DNA from: Heptranchias perlo
Taxonomy: Eukaryota
Assembly (NCBI RefSeq): GCF_035084215.1
Contig: NC_090328.1
Span: 86,304,001-86,368,000, forward strand
Length of the DNA stretch: 64,000 nt
Reading direction: 5' to 3'
A program made the translations under genes and the position numbers. This document shows, piece by piece, positions 24,815 through 38,478 of this stretch (the stretch's first letter is position 1; the number at the start of each line of letters is the position of its first letter). The notes beneath the pieces are model-generated. The model saw only the letters and a list, made by a program, of their open reading frames with translations, searched no databases and was not told where the DNA came from.

Positions 24815-26379
24815 ATTGAAAGTAGGGAATTTAGAGCAGGTGAAGAATGAGAGTAGAATAAGAAAGGAGGAGCAATCAGGAGAAGTGGGAAAACCAGTGA
24901 GGACTGCATCAAGGAGAGGAGGTAAATGCAAGGAGCTATACAAAGTTTTTATGGTATGGGAAGTAGGACTAAGGGTAGAACTTTTCCCATCTGCACTCCT
25001 GCCATACACCTGGAGCGCATATTGCAAACTAAATTAGCAAATCTCAAGCTGGGAATGCACGGTTTTGCAATATGCACTTCTGGTACTTGTCAGGAGCTCA
25101 GAAATGGAGTTTTAAGCCCAAGCTTTTTCAGAGAGGGGATACAGGCACAATGAGCCAGCTAGCCTTCTTTCAAGCTGTAAAATTCTATGAACAATAGTTT
25201 TTGCATATCCCTTTAGCTGTTAAATGCATTTAAAATGTATAATTTTAATTTTTTAGATATTTACCTAACCTTATTTTGTACTCATTGCATGTTACATTTT
25301 TAATATGGTTTAATTTATTGCCATTTAATGGTCCATTCGCATTATTTAAAACCTATTTCACTGTTTACCATTCAGTATGTTCAAATCTAAAACCCACATT
25401 TTCACAACAAATATCCTAATAATAACATTTTTTCAATGTTTCTATTGAGCACTTTCAGCGAAAGTAGATATTTCGGATCCTATAATAAAGTTTTTCAATC
25501 ACATATCTTTTCAAATAAACTGAAATCAACAATTTTTTTTCTACATTGAATGTTGCTGAACAAATTCTCATCTCATCATCAAAGGGTGAACTAGTCTGTG
25601 CATTCCACATTATCTACATACACAAAACAACACTATTAAACTGTTTCCACAGATCAGGATAATGTAGTGGGGTTGAATTCCCACAGTGTTAAGGACTGCA
25701 TTAAAATAACTTTACACAAATACGTTAACCTGCACACTACCAGAGGAAATTAAACCCCAGTCAGATCCTGGAGTACTGAACATTACTGCCAGGCTTTTCA
25801 GTATATTGTCAGCATCTATTCACCAACCACTAAGTCAACTTGGTAGCACTTTCATCTCTGTATCAGAACATGTAATCTAAGCTGACACTTCAGTGCAGTA
25901 CTGAGGAAGTGCTATGCTAGAGGTGCCATCCTTTATTTGAGATGTTAAAGACCCCTTTCTACTGTTTTGGTAGTTCAGAATGTTAAGGATCCCATAGCAC
26001 TATTTGAAGGAGAACAAGAAAGTTATCCTAGTGTGCTGGTTAACATTCCTCCCTCAACCAACACCACTAAAAACAGATTAACTGGTGATTCATTTCATTG
26101 TTGTTTATGGGATCTTGCTGTGTGCAAATTGGCTGCCATGTTTGCCTAAATAATAGTCACTGAACTTCAAAGCAAATATATGAAGCACTGAGAGACATTA
26201 TAAGGTGCAATATAAATACAAGTCTTTCTTTCTATTATGAAACTTTAAAATGATTACACAGCATGTTTTTTAACAATTAGTTTGTAATAATATTGTTATT
26301 GAAAGTAGGGAATTTAGAGCAGCTGAAGAATGAGAGTAGAATAAGAAAGGAGGAGCAATCAGGAGGAGTGGGAAAACCA
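24815..26379 (+). repeat. 82-bp dispersed direct repeat (24815-24896 and 26298-26379)
   Basis: ATTGAAAGTAGGGAATTTAGAGCAG..GTGGGAAAACCA occurs twice with two mismatches. Confidence 0.95.
25835..26233 (+). mobile_element. Deu-type SINE, diverged
   Basis: GCTGACACTTCAGTGCAGTACTGAGG core, GGGATCTTGCTGTGTGCAAATTGGCTGCC, tail TATAAATACAAGTCTTTCTTTC. Confidence 0.8.
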
Positions 26380-27399
26380 TACTAACAATTATCAATATAT
26401 TTAAATACTAATAATTATCAATCTAGTTACAAACTGCATGACTACAAGTTATCTAACATTTACTGACAAGCAAATCTGCAGCCAGCTATAAGGCCCCTGT
26501 TTAATTGTTGGCCCACATGTTGACCACCTGACTTATTTATATCAGCTATTAAAGCATTTCATAGACTCTTTCAAAGGCCGTCAGTAATCATCAACAGAAC
26601 ATTAAAAGGCTGTCTAATTTCATCAAAAGTAAAAAATTATACACATTTTCTATAAAGGTCATTTCAAATACCACGATATTTTATTTTCTCCAGGCCATTC
26701 TACACATCTTTTATATCACTGATAACATAAAATTAGTACCTGGTTTAATAATGAAGATATGAAAATGTAGGCAATAGATAAAGAATGAGATGGGAAACTG
26801 AGATCTAGAATTGGGCTTGAATCCAGCCCAGGCCAATGGGAGGAAAATATTCTTTCTCCAGGCCAAAGTGTCCAAAGTGACATGAACTTGGGCCCTCAAT
26901 TCATTTTCTGTAGATACAGGTGCATAAGACAAGATTTTCCATAACTTGGCATCTCACTCAGAGAGGCCACGAGGATACTGTTACTGGTAAGAGGTGCTAT
27001 TCTGAGATTATGATTAAAGATTATTGTTGGGGCAGTGTAGAGAGAACTTGGCCAGCATTTTCTACATCAGCACCGCCAGGGCATGCATGTCAGGAAATTC
27101 TGGACTTCCAATTCGTGATTTTCCAGTCATTCATTTTGATGAAAATCATGGGTTGAAAGTGCACAATTTCCTGCTATGCACTCCCAGCCTACATCAAGAA
27201 CACTGAAGCAGAAATTCCCAGCCCTTGACTCTGGATTTGGTCTGCGTCATGCCTGAACTGGGAGTGCTGAAAATAGAAATTAAATTTTTAAAAATGTACC
27301 TATCAATCATAACTGTAAATATCAACCATAAACAGCTATAGGTATTACTAAATTTTCTGCATATCCTATGTTGGGAACTACTAAATATTTAGAACATAA

Positions 27400-27760
27400 C
27401 CTAACCCATATGGTATTGGGAAAGTTATCTCTCCTGAGACATTGGGGTACAGCTCCAAAGACAGTTCTCCAATATCTGGCCCAAGTGCCCATTCTTCATA
27501 CGTTCGCCTACAAAGTGAGTGTCAGAAGCCTATTTGACTACAGAGGGCATCATAGACCCTGTCCTCAACTTGCATCCACTTTCAAGCAAGGTTCCTGGAT
27601 AACAAACTGAAGTAAAACCCCCATCCATTTTTTATCATCCCTAAACCAAAGGCACTGGGGCCATTTTTAAACTACCACCAGCTAACTCAGCACATATCAG
27701 GAATTGAATTGGAATCTTCTGGTCTACAGGTCTTGTGCTACACCAGGTGGTGGTCTTTAA
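27400..27760 (-). mobile_element. Possible old tRNA-derived SINE of a second family
   Basis: Minus strand has a degenerate B-box-like TTCAATTCC followed by TGTGCTGAGTTAGCTG; recognised from memory only. Confidence 0.3.
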
Positions 27761-28488
27761 TAGACCATTTATTTAAAGTAGTTAAGGAATGGATGACTCT
27801 GAAAACTCTAAAATAGATATGCTGAAGTCAAATGAATTTAAGTCTTTTGAGACAATTGATGTTAATAGCTGATTCTATATAATCTTCTTCACATTCAACA
27901 GACTCCTTTGCTTCCACTTACTCAATGATGTTTTCAGAGAAGAACTGGAAAATCATGAAGACTGCCACAGTGGGCTGACAGTTCACTGTCCCTGGTGTTT
28001 AAAGTAATTTCCCTCATGGAAATGACAGCTGGAAGAGGATTGGTGACTTTGAGTGTTCAGTGGTTTGAGGCATGACAGACAATGCAGCTTCAACCTTCTT
28101 GGATTTTATAATAAATCTCTGCCAGTCTTTTGATTCAATACTTTCTGACCTTCCTTGCAATCTTTGATAGAATCCACATGCTGCGAAGTCATGGTTGAGT
28201 GGCAGTTGTAGCCGCAGATAAAAAGAAAAGTTCAACCTATATTTTAGCATCAAGGAAGAGCATAAAGGCCTAATCTTCAAGATATTTTGGCTGCAAAATA
28301 ACAAATTTTAAACAAGATGCAATTAATTTTCATGCGCCAAGCTGGACTTGGAACCAGGGAGGTTCTATCAAACTTGTTCCAGCATAACTGCAACTGATAC
28401 TTGACAGGAGTAAAAGAACTGAAAAGGAATAATATAGGACATTATGTAAGCATACAGGCCAGAGAAGCTCACATGAAGCAATGATAAT

Positions 28489-29335
28489 GGCCTAGAAACT
28501 CGATCGCACCCAAAAATGGGCGCGCGGGAGGAGGACCCATGCTGCTTATGGCTGTTCATGCGGCTGCAGGGGCCACGTTATATTGGTGCTGGCAGCTCAT
28601 TATCATGAGCCAGGCATGCAGCCATTGCTACCCGTGCTATTCATTGGCTGCAAGCCAGTTTGTATGGGCAGGAAATCAGGCTGCACTGACACCACTTAAA
28701 GACAGCCAACACCTCGTAAAGGGGCGATGCACTCTGCAGACAGTAGGGAACACTAAGGAGAGAAATGGCTGCAAGAGATCCAGAGAGGGTACCCAGGTTC
28801 TCAGATGCAGCGCTGGAGGCCCTGGTCCAGGTAGTGAACAGGGGAAGGGAGATCCTGTCTTCCCCTGGGTGGGGGTGAGCTGAAATCCCTCCAAGCAAAA
28901 CCTCCGCTGCTATTGGGAAGAGGTCGCTGAGGGAGGTTAATGCCAAGAGCTTAACTCCCAGGACATGGCTGTAATGTAGGAAAAAGTTCCACAATTGTCA
29001 AGGTAAGAATATTGCTCTCTTACTCTCCGCTCACACCTCCACCACCGACAGCCTCACTACTCACAATACTCCCCTCCCCCGCTTCCCATCACTCTTCTAC
29101 AATCACTGCACCACACTTCACTGCACCTCCTCACACACTCTGCACCTTCTACTCCCACCACTATTGCAACCTTCACTTCGCCCACACTTCACATCTTACA
29201 CACAACATACGAATGATTCGACCATAACACCTCATGAGGATGGAACCAACATACTCCTTTCTTGCAGGAGAAGGTCGCGCAGGAGGCTGCGACTGGAGGA
29301 GATCGAGACCGCCTGCACATCCTGTCCCCTGTGGA
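28489..29335 (+). mobile_element. Harbinger remnant: terminus, Myb exon 1 (28765-29002), intron, start of exon 2 (29268)
   Basis: MAARDPERVPRFSDAALEALVQVV..TPRTWL*CRKKF, donor AAG|GTAAGA, acceptor TTGCAG|GAGAAGGTCGCG matching the exon 2 start at 14540. Confidence 0.85.
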
Positions 29336-30624
29336 AATCATTTTGATTTCCCAGCAGTTCCATGTTTAATGTCCACGGGCTTTTATTACATGGAGTTCCA
29401 TGTTTTTTCTTAGTCTAAATCTCCTTGAAGCTTTTTGGATTTATTGAACATCTTTTCCTGTATTTTTGAGCCTTTTCAGTTTTCTTCTCATATCAGTTTG
29501 GATTTACGGAGTCATTTTCCGATTTCACGCTGCTCATCACCGGCACCTATCAGAAATCTGGGTGTAACGCTGCGTGTGATTTTCTGGCCATTTACAAAAA
29601 CATCTGGAAAACCATGCACTGCACCCAGCCAAATTTCCAATATGTGTTAGTGGTGTTCGAGGATTCCCGCCAGCAGCATGAAGTCAGTACATTATCCCTT
29701 TATTTTGCAGTTGAGGCAAGCTTATCCCAATGAATGAAAGTGTTTCGGCCTCAATACCTGCTTATGCTTCCCTCTGGTGGCTCAATTGGTTCGGCATTAG
29801 TTAATGGAATTAGCCAAGTTGATTTGAGCATCAATCTCTGGGGAGGAAGGGTATTGGTGTTCTTTAATTCTGGAAAAGTTTCGATTTCTCAAGTTTATTC
29901 TTTTTTATTTGTTTGCACTTTCTATTTTTAATGCCAGTTACTTTGTTATTTTTAGGAGTATTTCAAGGCTTTTCTCAATTTACTAAGAACTTTTCTTAAG
30001 TTTATTAATAAAATTTATTGTGTCTATTGTGTACATCAAAGTCTGTCGAATCTGTTATCTACCATCGAAGCTTGGCCAATTTTCTTCTTTATTGATTAGG
30101 GTTAGGTATTGTTTAAGTGTTTAAGCCTCTGTTTTTTTCTTCTTTTTAATTGGTTATTTTCTGCTTTTGCTATAGTTTTGTCTTTGAACAGCATATTGCA
30201 CAAAACCTTTCTCCTCAATCACATCCCAGCAAAAAAAAACTCCAAGATCCAGCACCTCTTTCTCCCTCATCCTACCAAATGCCCGTAAGAATTAAATTTA
30301 TCACGTAACGAACATAATAGTCACTAACAGACCCATAAATGTGACTGCAACAACTTCTTCCCCTTTTCCCCAATTCCTGGATCCTGAGTACATTCTTAAC
30401 CCCCATACTTCACAATCTCAATGGGGCCAGCTAACTCCTCACATTCAGAGGCCTGATGTAAGAACCCCAGTGTAAACAAATTGAATGCACATGCCCATTT
30501 CTAATTCTCAGGACCAGTGGTTAAAGTGCAATTTGTTAAGAAGGAATACTGACCCCTCTATGGCCTTGTGTAGCTATTGGCCCAACCCAGCAACCACTAC
30601 CCCCACCCAACAACCTTTAGGATT

Positions 30625-32022
30625 TCATAGAATCGTAGAATCATAGAATGGTTACACCACGGAAGGAGGCCATTCGGCCCATCGAGTCCGCACCGGCTCT
30701 CTAGCAATTCAGCTAGTCCCAATCCCCCACCCTATCCCCGTAGCCCTGCACAATTTTTTGTTTCAAATACTTATCCAGTTCCCTTTTGAAGGCCATGATT
30801 GAATCTGCCTCCACCACCCCCTCGGGCAGTGCATTCCAGATCCCAACCACTCGCTGTGTAAAAAAGTTTTTCCTCATGTCACCTTTGGTTCTTTTGCCAA
30901 TCACCTTAAATCTATGCCTTTGGTTCTTGACCCTTCCGCCAATGGGAACAGTTTCTCTCTATCTACTCTGTCTAGACCCTTCATGATTTTGAATACCTCT
31001 ATCAAATCTCCTCGCAACCTTCTCTGTTCCAAGGAGAACAATTCCAGCTTTTCCAGTCTATCCACATAATTTAAGTCCTTCATCCCTGGAATCATTCTAG
31101 TAAATCTCTTCTGTACTCTCTCTAAGTACTTCACATCTTTCCTAAAGTGCAGTGCCCAGAACTGGACACAATACTCCAGTTGTGGCCGAATTAGTGTTTT
31201 ATAAAGGTTCATCATGACTTCCTTGCTTTTGTACTCTATGCCTCTATTTATAAAGCCCAGGATCCCGTATTTTTTTTTAATCGCTTCCTCAATCTGCCCT
31301 GCCACCTTCAACGATTTGTGCACATAAACCCCCAGATCCCTCTGTTCCTGTACCGCTTTTAGAACTGTGCCCTCTAGCTTATATTGCGTCTCCTCATTTT
31401 TCCTACCGAAATGCATCACCTCACATTTTTCCACGTTAAACTTCATCTGCCACGTGTTCACCTATGCCACCAGCGTGTCTATATCCGCTTGAAGTCTATC
31501 ACTATCCTCCTCAGTGTTCACTACACTTCCAAGTTTTGTGTCATCTGCAAATTTTGAAATTGTGCCCTGTACACCCAAGTCCAAGTCATTAATATATATC
31601 AAGAAAAGTAGTGGTCCCAGCGCCGATCCCTGGGGAACACCACTGTACACCTCCCTCCAGTCCGAAAAACAACCGTTCACCACTACTCTCTGTTTCCTGT
31701 CATTCAGCCAATTCTGTATCCATATTGTCCCCTTTATCCCATGGGCCGCAATCTTAATAGCAAGCCTACCATGTGGCACTTTATCAAACACTTTTTGAAA
31801 GTCCATATACACCACATCAACTGCATTGCCCTCATCTACCCTCTCTGTTACCTCATCAAAAATCAAGTTGGTTAAACACGATTTGCCTTTAACAAATCTG
31901 TGCTGACTTTCCCTAATCAATCCACACTCGTCCAAGTCACTGTTAATTCTGTCCTGGATTATCGTTTCCAAAAGTTTCCCCACCACCGAGGTTAAACTGA
32001 CTGGCCTATAGTTGCTGGGTTC
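30625..32022 (-). mobile_element. CR1 LINE 3' half (RT) with (ATTCTATG)n tail
   Basis: [41 protein letters not shown]; CATAGAAT repeats at 30626-30649. Confidence 0.93.
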
Positions 32023-34764
32023 ATAAGTACTTAGTTATACTCCCTTAATAAGGTCAAAGAGCAATTTTTAAATTTTTCTGAAAATATAACAAGCTCGTAT
32101 ACTTGTTGCAATACAGATTTTTCAAAAGCTAGCAGATCTCCAATGGTGAGTTTGAGGATACGGTGTTTTATAAAATAATGGTTTCATGCCTTGTAGGGCC
32201 ACTGATTTACAGTAACTGAGTAAGTCAGCACTGTTTTGGTGATTGAATTCTGCGACTCAATTCATTATTTTAAACTGTAAATAGGTTGCAGCCTTTACCA
32301 GTCTATTTATATGTAATGTATGTTATATATATAAATGCTAAGAGAAGGTATTTAAAACACACATATATATATCACAGGCAGTCGATTCGCTATTACCCAT
32401 TTTACACTTTCGCACAAAGTCAAAATTACCCACTTTATCTCTAATGTTTAATGTTTTGAGAGCACTAATTTCAGCAACTGGTTTCTTGATACATTAGAAA
32501 AGATCCTGCAATACATTTAGGAAATGCACACAAATTTCACTTTTTAAACCCATTTTCACACCACACTCGAATTATACTCCACACAGGGTCAAGCCCAAGC
32601 ATTGTGAAATACCCTTCCCCAAAGAGACTCACGCAGCTTGCCTTTCGTGCATTCTGGAGTCAGATCAAAACCTGATTCCAAAGTTAACCTGCAACTTTCA
32701 CATCAATGTGCAGCCAAAATTGCTTTGCAATGATGCACTATAACTGCTACCTAAATCATATTCACCAGAGGCTGTTCACTTCAGATCTCATCTGTCATAG
32801 ATCATAATGTGCACTCATGTTGGGATAGGTATTTGACCAAGATCTAGTGCCTCATTTCCAATTTTATAATAACTCAAGCAATGAGACTAGCATACGAGAC
32901 CTCTCTATCAAGCATACTGGACCAAGTATTAGCTGAGTAACTAGAAAATCCTCAGCTGTTTGGGTTCTGTGGTCATTACAGTTGTGTACTATTGTCTGTA
33001 TATTGATTCAAGAAATTCAGTGGCCATTAATTCCCACAGGTGCCAAAATATAATCTGAGATGGTAAGGCATTGAGGTGAAATCTGGGGGTTAAAAACAGT
33101 GCATCAGTTTTCCTTATTAACATCTTTGGATCACTGACACCTTAACTACAAATGTCATAGTTGACAGGTTAAATCTGATTCCTGAAAAACGTCTCACAAA
33201 CAAAACTGTCAGACTGTACAGTTCCCAACTTCTGAACTTCTGAGGAGTGGCTGCATTTATACATAGATGTGAATTTTCTCTATTTTTAAACAAGTTTAGA
33301 TTATGTGTGTTATCTGTGAAGATACCGATCAAGTAAGCTGCAAAGTACTGATCTGTTGGTAGCCAGGAACATCAGTGATCTGATTAGCTGCCAGTTCACT
33401 TTACTGTATATTGAATGTGATGATGGTTGCATTTGTACTGCTACTTCTGCCTCAGTGCAAAATGGCTTTTGGTGCACATCAATACAAAAATGGCAATATA
33501 ACTCAAAAGCCTACTGAGTGCATTAAGGTCCTGAGCTGTGAGATCTGCTCCAACAGGCTAATTCATACTGCTTAGGGCTCACAAAGCATGTAGTATTTTG
33601 AAATTTTAAAAAATGTAGTATAAATCTCACCTAGGTGGCGTGGAAATGACATGTAAACTAGTCATTCCAAAATGATCTTTTTTCAATTTGCTGTCTAACT
33701 GTTGATTTAAAACACAATATTAATGAAGGTAATTTGTTAGTTACTAAGCTGATATGTTGTATAATGGTTATCTTGTGCAGTGTTTAACGCATTGTATTTA
33801 GAAACTGATGAGCATTTGTCAATCAATATTTTGCTAATATGATGAAAAATGTTTTGCCGACTAGACCTTTGCTAGATTTAAAATACAGTTTAGGTGAATA
33901 GATTTCAAGGAAACTCAATTAATCCACATAGACCCTTCAGGTATTATCATGAAATAAAGTAATAAAATTGTGCCACCTGGTGGTGGTCTGAAGCATTTCA
34001 CAACCTTTTACCCAATACAGTGGAAAGAGTATTTTTGACTGAGGAGTTTATAATACACAGATGATTTGGGAGAAAATCAATTCTTATTGATTCGCCAGCT
34101 AAAAATCCGAGAATTTAATGGTGGAAATCATTCAAAACTTATTTTAAATATACCACTTACAATACCAGCAATGATATAATACTAAGATTGGGAATAGTAG
34201 GACTGGAATTCTCGAATGCAAAAATAAAATGGAATGTTCTCCTTAAAGTTCCTCCCAAGAATGTGCAAAATGGGTGAAAGTGACTTTCTGATTGTTGTGG
34301 TGCCATCCTAAGACCCACTAGGGTGTTTGGTAGGTTTACTCCCCCCTTAGATACGAGCAATGAACAGATTACATTGGGAATCAGCTTAACACACATACTA
34401 GGCAAGAAATGCACTGCCCACTAAGAAGTCCTGCAGCAATTTTAAAAACACCGAGATTAGTAATTCAGTAAGTTGTCTAAGTAATTACATAGATATCAAT
34501 TTCCATGGTAATGGTTAATATTAGTCACTTTGTTGGAGTGTCTCACTGTGAAGTTTAACACAGAAAAGACTAGAACAAGGTAAAGCTGGTGTGAGCCATT
34601 TAGAAATCTGGGAGGCACTATTGATGTACTAAATTACCATTGGAGTTGTGATAATACAATGAAGTTTCTCTATAATATAGGCAAAATTTGCATTTCATGT
34701 TTTACTTGTGACAAAACCTATAAAGAAATTATTGCTATTTGATGTACTGACTTTGTTTTGAGCA

Positions 34765-34862
34765 TTATCAAATTTTGTTTGTTAACGCTCCTGTGAAGCA
34801 TCTTGGGACGTTTTAATACTTTAAAGGCGCTATATAAATGCAAGTTGATGTTATTGTTGTTA
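34765..34862 (+). mobile_element. L2 LINE extreme 3' end
   Basis: CTCCTGTGAAGCATCTTGGGACG..AAAGGCGCTATATAAATGCAAG(TTG)n, as at 50195-50290. Confidence 0.65.
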
Positions 34863-35044
34863 GTAGTACGTTAGCATTGGTTAGATATTGGCTGCTGGCT
34901 CACTTTACCGTGTGTCAAATATTGCATTTATACTGTCATTTTTGCAACTATGCAAAATGGTTTTAGATGTAAATCAATGCAAAAATGGCAGTGCAACTCA
35001 GAAGATTATTGAGCACCCTGAGGTATAAACCCCTTCTCGGAGGT

Positions 35045-36145
35045 TCAACTGCATCTCCCAGCTCTGTGACCTCCACCACTGAGAAGGACTTGGACATATA
35101 GAGCCTGATTTTAGCTCAGAGCTGGGAACCCAGTGCGTCTGCAGATATTGGTGTGGGGAACCTGGAAGCCAAATGAAGGTAAGTATTTGTGTTTCTGGGT
35201 TTCCCACCGCCAGGCAGCCAGATTGACAGGCTGGCTGCCTGTCAGAAGTGAAAGGAGCTGTGATTCGGAGAGGGGGAGGGAGGGAGAGATTGTGGGCCAT
35301 GGAAGAAATTGGAGGAGTGGGGGGAGGTGAGGCGACATGAACGACATCGGGTGGGCCTTGGAGGACTTCGGGGTCCAGCGTCGGGGGTTCAGCATCTGGG
35401 GATCCAGCATTTAGGGCTCCAGCATCGATGGGAGGGGCCAGCACCGGAGTCGGGGGGGGGGGTCCAGTATCAGGGCAGGATCCAGCATCAGGGAGCGGGG
35501 GGGGGGGTCAATCGATCGCGGGGGTCCTATCAGCCAGGTGAGCTTGTTGGGCCTAGATGAAACTCTCCTGCTTCTCCGGGCCCACAAGCAGTGCAATAAA
35601 GGCACTCACCTCATGGATCCAGCCCTCCCCACCTGCTTTCACCTGACGTGAATCGGAAGCGATGGGAAACCCGAACAGGTAAGGTTAAATTTGTTTGACA
35701 TTTCTAATACACCAAAAATTAAGTGCGTCAACTATTGCAATGAGGTACATTTCCCCTTTAAGTAACGACCCACCGGCTTTAAGAAGGGATGGGACTTCTG
35801 GGTTTCTGTTGTGCACGTGCATCCAAACGCGCCTGGGTTAAACCCGGAAGAGGGCATGTTGGAGCCGGGATGCGTTCTCGCTCCAAAAATCAACCATTTT
35901 TACTGCCTACCCACCCCCTACCCACCCATTCTTGGGGGTTAAAATTACCCCCATCGTATCATTCCTTCATCCAGAATCAAAATCCTGGAAGTCCCTACCT
36001 AACACCATTGTGGGAGCACCATCAGCACAAGGACTACAACAGTTTGAAGGAGAGGGCCCACCATCACCTCCTCAAGGAAACTCGGGATGCAGAGTAAATG
36101 TGAATGTGTCAGCATCGTCCATATCCCATGAATATTTTTTTTAAA
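35045..36145 (+). mobile_element. Old Zenon-like LINE 3' fragment interrupted by a MITE
   Basis: GACTTGGACATATA|MITE|ATCGTATCATTCCTTCATC..AAATCCTGGAAGTCCCTACCTAACA aligns with 6787-6990 once the insertion is removed. Confidence 0.7.
35101..35952. mobile_element. Harbinger-type MITE (family A)
   Basis: GAGCCTGATTTTAG ... TTAAAATTACCCCC; flanks ATA/ATC; internal blocks shared with 3056-3828 and 20150-21040. Confidence 0.75.
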
Positions 36146-36372
36146 ATTCCATCTAAAGTAAAAGAGAGAATCTTTGGTTCACAGCCAAATGCATGGCAAT
36201 CAATTGAGAAGATATCCCTGGTATTCAACTTCAAGATCACAGTCTTTGTTTTACATGAGTAATTCATCAAAAGAAGATGATTGATTGAGAATGGTGATTG
36301 AAAGTGATTGGGAAAGATTTGGAACAGCGAGAGCTGCTTTGCGATGGCTCTGTTGGATTTGAAGGGACAACA

Positions 36373-38478
36373 GGGCTGAATTTATGAGTCCACACTGCTG
36401 GTGAGGATCTTGCCAGCCAGCAGCATATAATGGTAATTCAAATGTGCATTACTCACAATTTTCTGATTTGATTTGAAGTAATGGACTTCTGAGTTGTACT
36501 GCCACGAATGCATTGATTTGCATCTAAAACCATTTTGATGCAAAAATGGCAGTATAAATCCAACCTTAACCATATTTGATACATGGTAAAGTGAACCAGC
36601 AGCTAGTATATGACCAATGTTACTACCACCAGTTCCTACTCCCATCCACAAACCATGGGTGGTACAAGTCAGGAAACAGCCATTTCCAGTGATATTTAAA
36701 GGGATCCTCGGCTGCTCTCAGGTCAAGGTGTAAAGAGTTATGGGAGATATCTTGCTTGTGTTAGATAGTGAGCTGTTTCCTGGGCTGTCCTTTCCATCTA
36801 CATCTACTCCTGCTCACTTGTGCTGGGTGAATCGTCCAGTGCAGACCTCTCTAAATCATTATCTATGCTACTCAGGGTCCTGACTTCTGTGCTGGTGCTT
36901 AGAAGGATCACAACGCGTGACTGCGCATGTTCAGGTGGTTCTCCACCTCAGTCTGTGTGACTAAAATGCCTGAGTCATCTGATGGGTCTAGAAAAAAGGA
37001 AGAGGGATAAGGGTTAGCACATTGTGACATGGGTAAACAGTAACAGATGAGTAGCATGCCGATGTACCACCAGGTTGTCATGCTAAATGCATGACTATGT
37101 GAATGTGTTGTGCCTGCCTGCAGCCTGGTCACCTTTGATGCTGCATGCCCTCTTTCTGCCAATAATGTTAATGGTAGCCTCTTCCATTAGTGTCAGCATC
37201 TGTTGAGTGGCAGGACCTCTTTTGGTTGTCTCCCTCTGTTGTGTTCCAGCTGCTCCTGTAAGAAGAGTGGAAGTGGGTTAAAATGTGGAAGGGTTTTCAA
37301 AGATATACACGGCAATTTAGTATAGTGTCTATGATGAGAGTAAGAAGGAGCAAGTGAGGCAGTAGCAGGTTTTGAGGGTACAAGTGCAAGCAGAAAGGAG
37401 GTGCAGTAAAGTGTTCCCTGCTGACTTGAAGAGAGCCATGAGAGTGGGGAAGGGAAGGATTTAAGGCTAAGGCAAAGGTAGGCTCCTGCAGGGCTGCGAA
37501 GAGAGTGTGAGAGATATGAAGGAGAGTCTTACCTTGGTCATCCTGATCAGATTGTTAATTTTTTTCAGACACTGCAGCCAGGCCTTAGGCACAATGCTGG
37601 TGACATTAATATTTTCTGACACCTCTCTCTATGCCTGTTAATTGATTTGTCTTGGCACCTTTCACCCAACAGAGGGGAAAAGGACCTCCTTCCTGCTACT
37701 CATTTTTTTTTAATTCATTCATGGGATGTGGGCGTCGTCGGCAAGGCCAGCATTTATTGCCCATCCCTAATTTCCCTTGAGAAGGTGGTGGTGAGCCGCC
37801 TTCTTGAACCACTGCAGTCCGTGTGGTGAAGGTTCTCCCACAGTGCTGTTAGGTAGGGAGTTCCAGGATTTTGACCCAGCCACGATGAAGGAACGGCAAT
37901 ATATTTCCAAGTTGGGATGGTGTGTGACTTGGAGGGGAACGTGCAGGTGGTGTTGTTCCCATGTGCCTGCTGCCCTTGTCCTTCTAAGTGGTAGAGGTCG
38001 TGGGTTTGGGAGGTGCTGTCGAAGAAGCCTTGGCGAGTTGCTGCAGAGCATCCTGTGGATGGTACATACTGCAGCTACGGTGTGCCAGTGGTGAAGGGAG
38101 TGAATGTTTAGGGTGGTGGATGGGGTGCCAATCAAGCGTGCTGCTTTGCCATACGTTCAATCAGAACCTCCACTGCTGCATCAGGGAACTTGGGGGCCCT
38201 GTTCAAAGTTCAAAGTCATTTTGCCTGCTGATGCACAGTGTCACTAGTCACTGTCCACCACTATAAAAGCACCTCCCCTTTAAGGTGCTACTAGATGCCT
38301 TTAAGCAGCAGCCACCTGCTGGATGTCCCACCCTTCCGATCAGTGAGCTGCCTATAGGGGATGCATTTCGCACTCAACAAATTTAGGCCTGGTACATGCC
38401 ATTTGAGGATTCTTTCAGGTGGGGTGCAGTGCATACCCAATACCCGCTCAATATGCGCATCACACAAAAATCACCCCC
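36373..38478 (-). mobile_element. Internally deleted Harbinger element retaining Myb exons 1-2 and the exon 3 start
   Basis: Minus strand RAPKFPDAAVEVLIERM [LINE insertion] SRKEVLFP..WLQCLKKINNLIRMTK|GTAAGA; exon 2 after TTACAG (EQLEHN..LTLMEEATINIIG); ends GGGCTGAATTT and AAAATCACCCCC. The left boundary is less certain. Confidence 0.75.
37702..38148 (-). mobile_element. Zenon-like LINE 3' fragment inserted into Myb exon 1
   Basis: High identity to 6553-6994 (IHSLHH..WNSLPNSTV..HHHLLKGN*), including hairpin and tail. Confidence 0.92.

Noticed and set aside
27922-28304. Minus-strand 96-aa ORF near a GTAAGT donor
   Set aside because: No intact AG acceptor at the pyrimidine tract, the ORF stops before the donor, and no homology was recognised.
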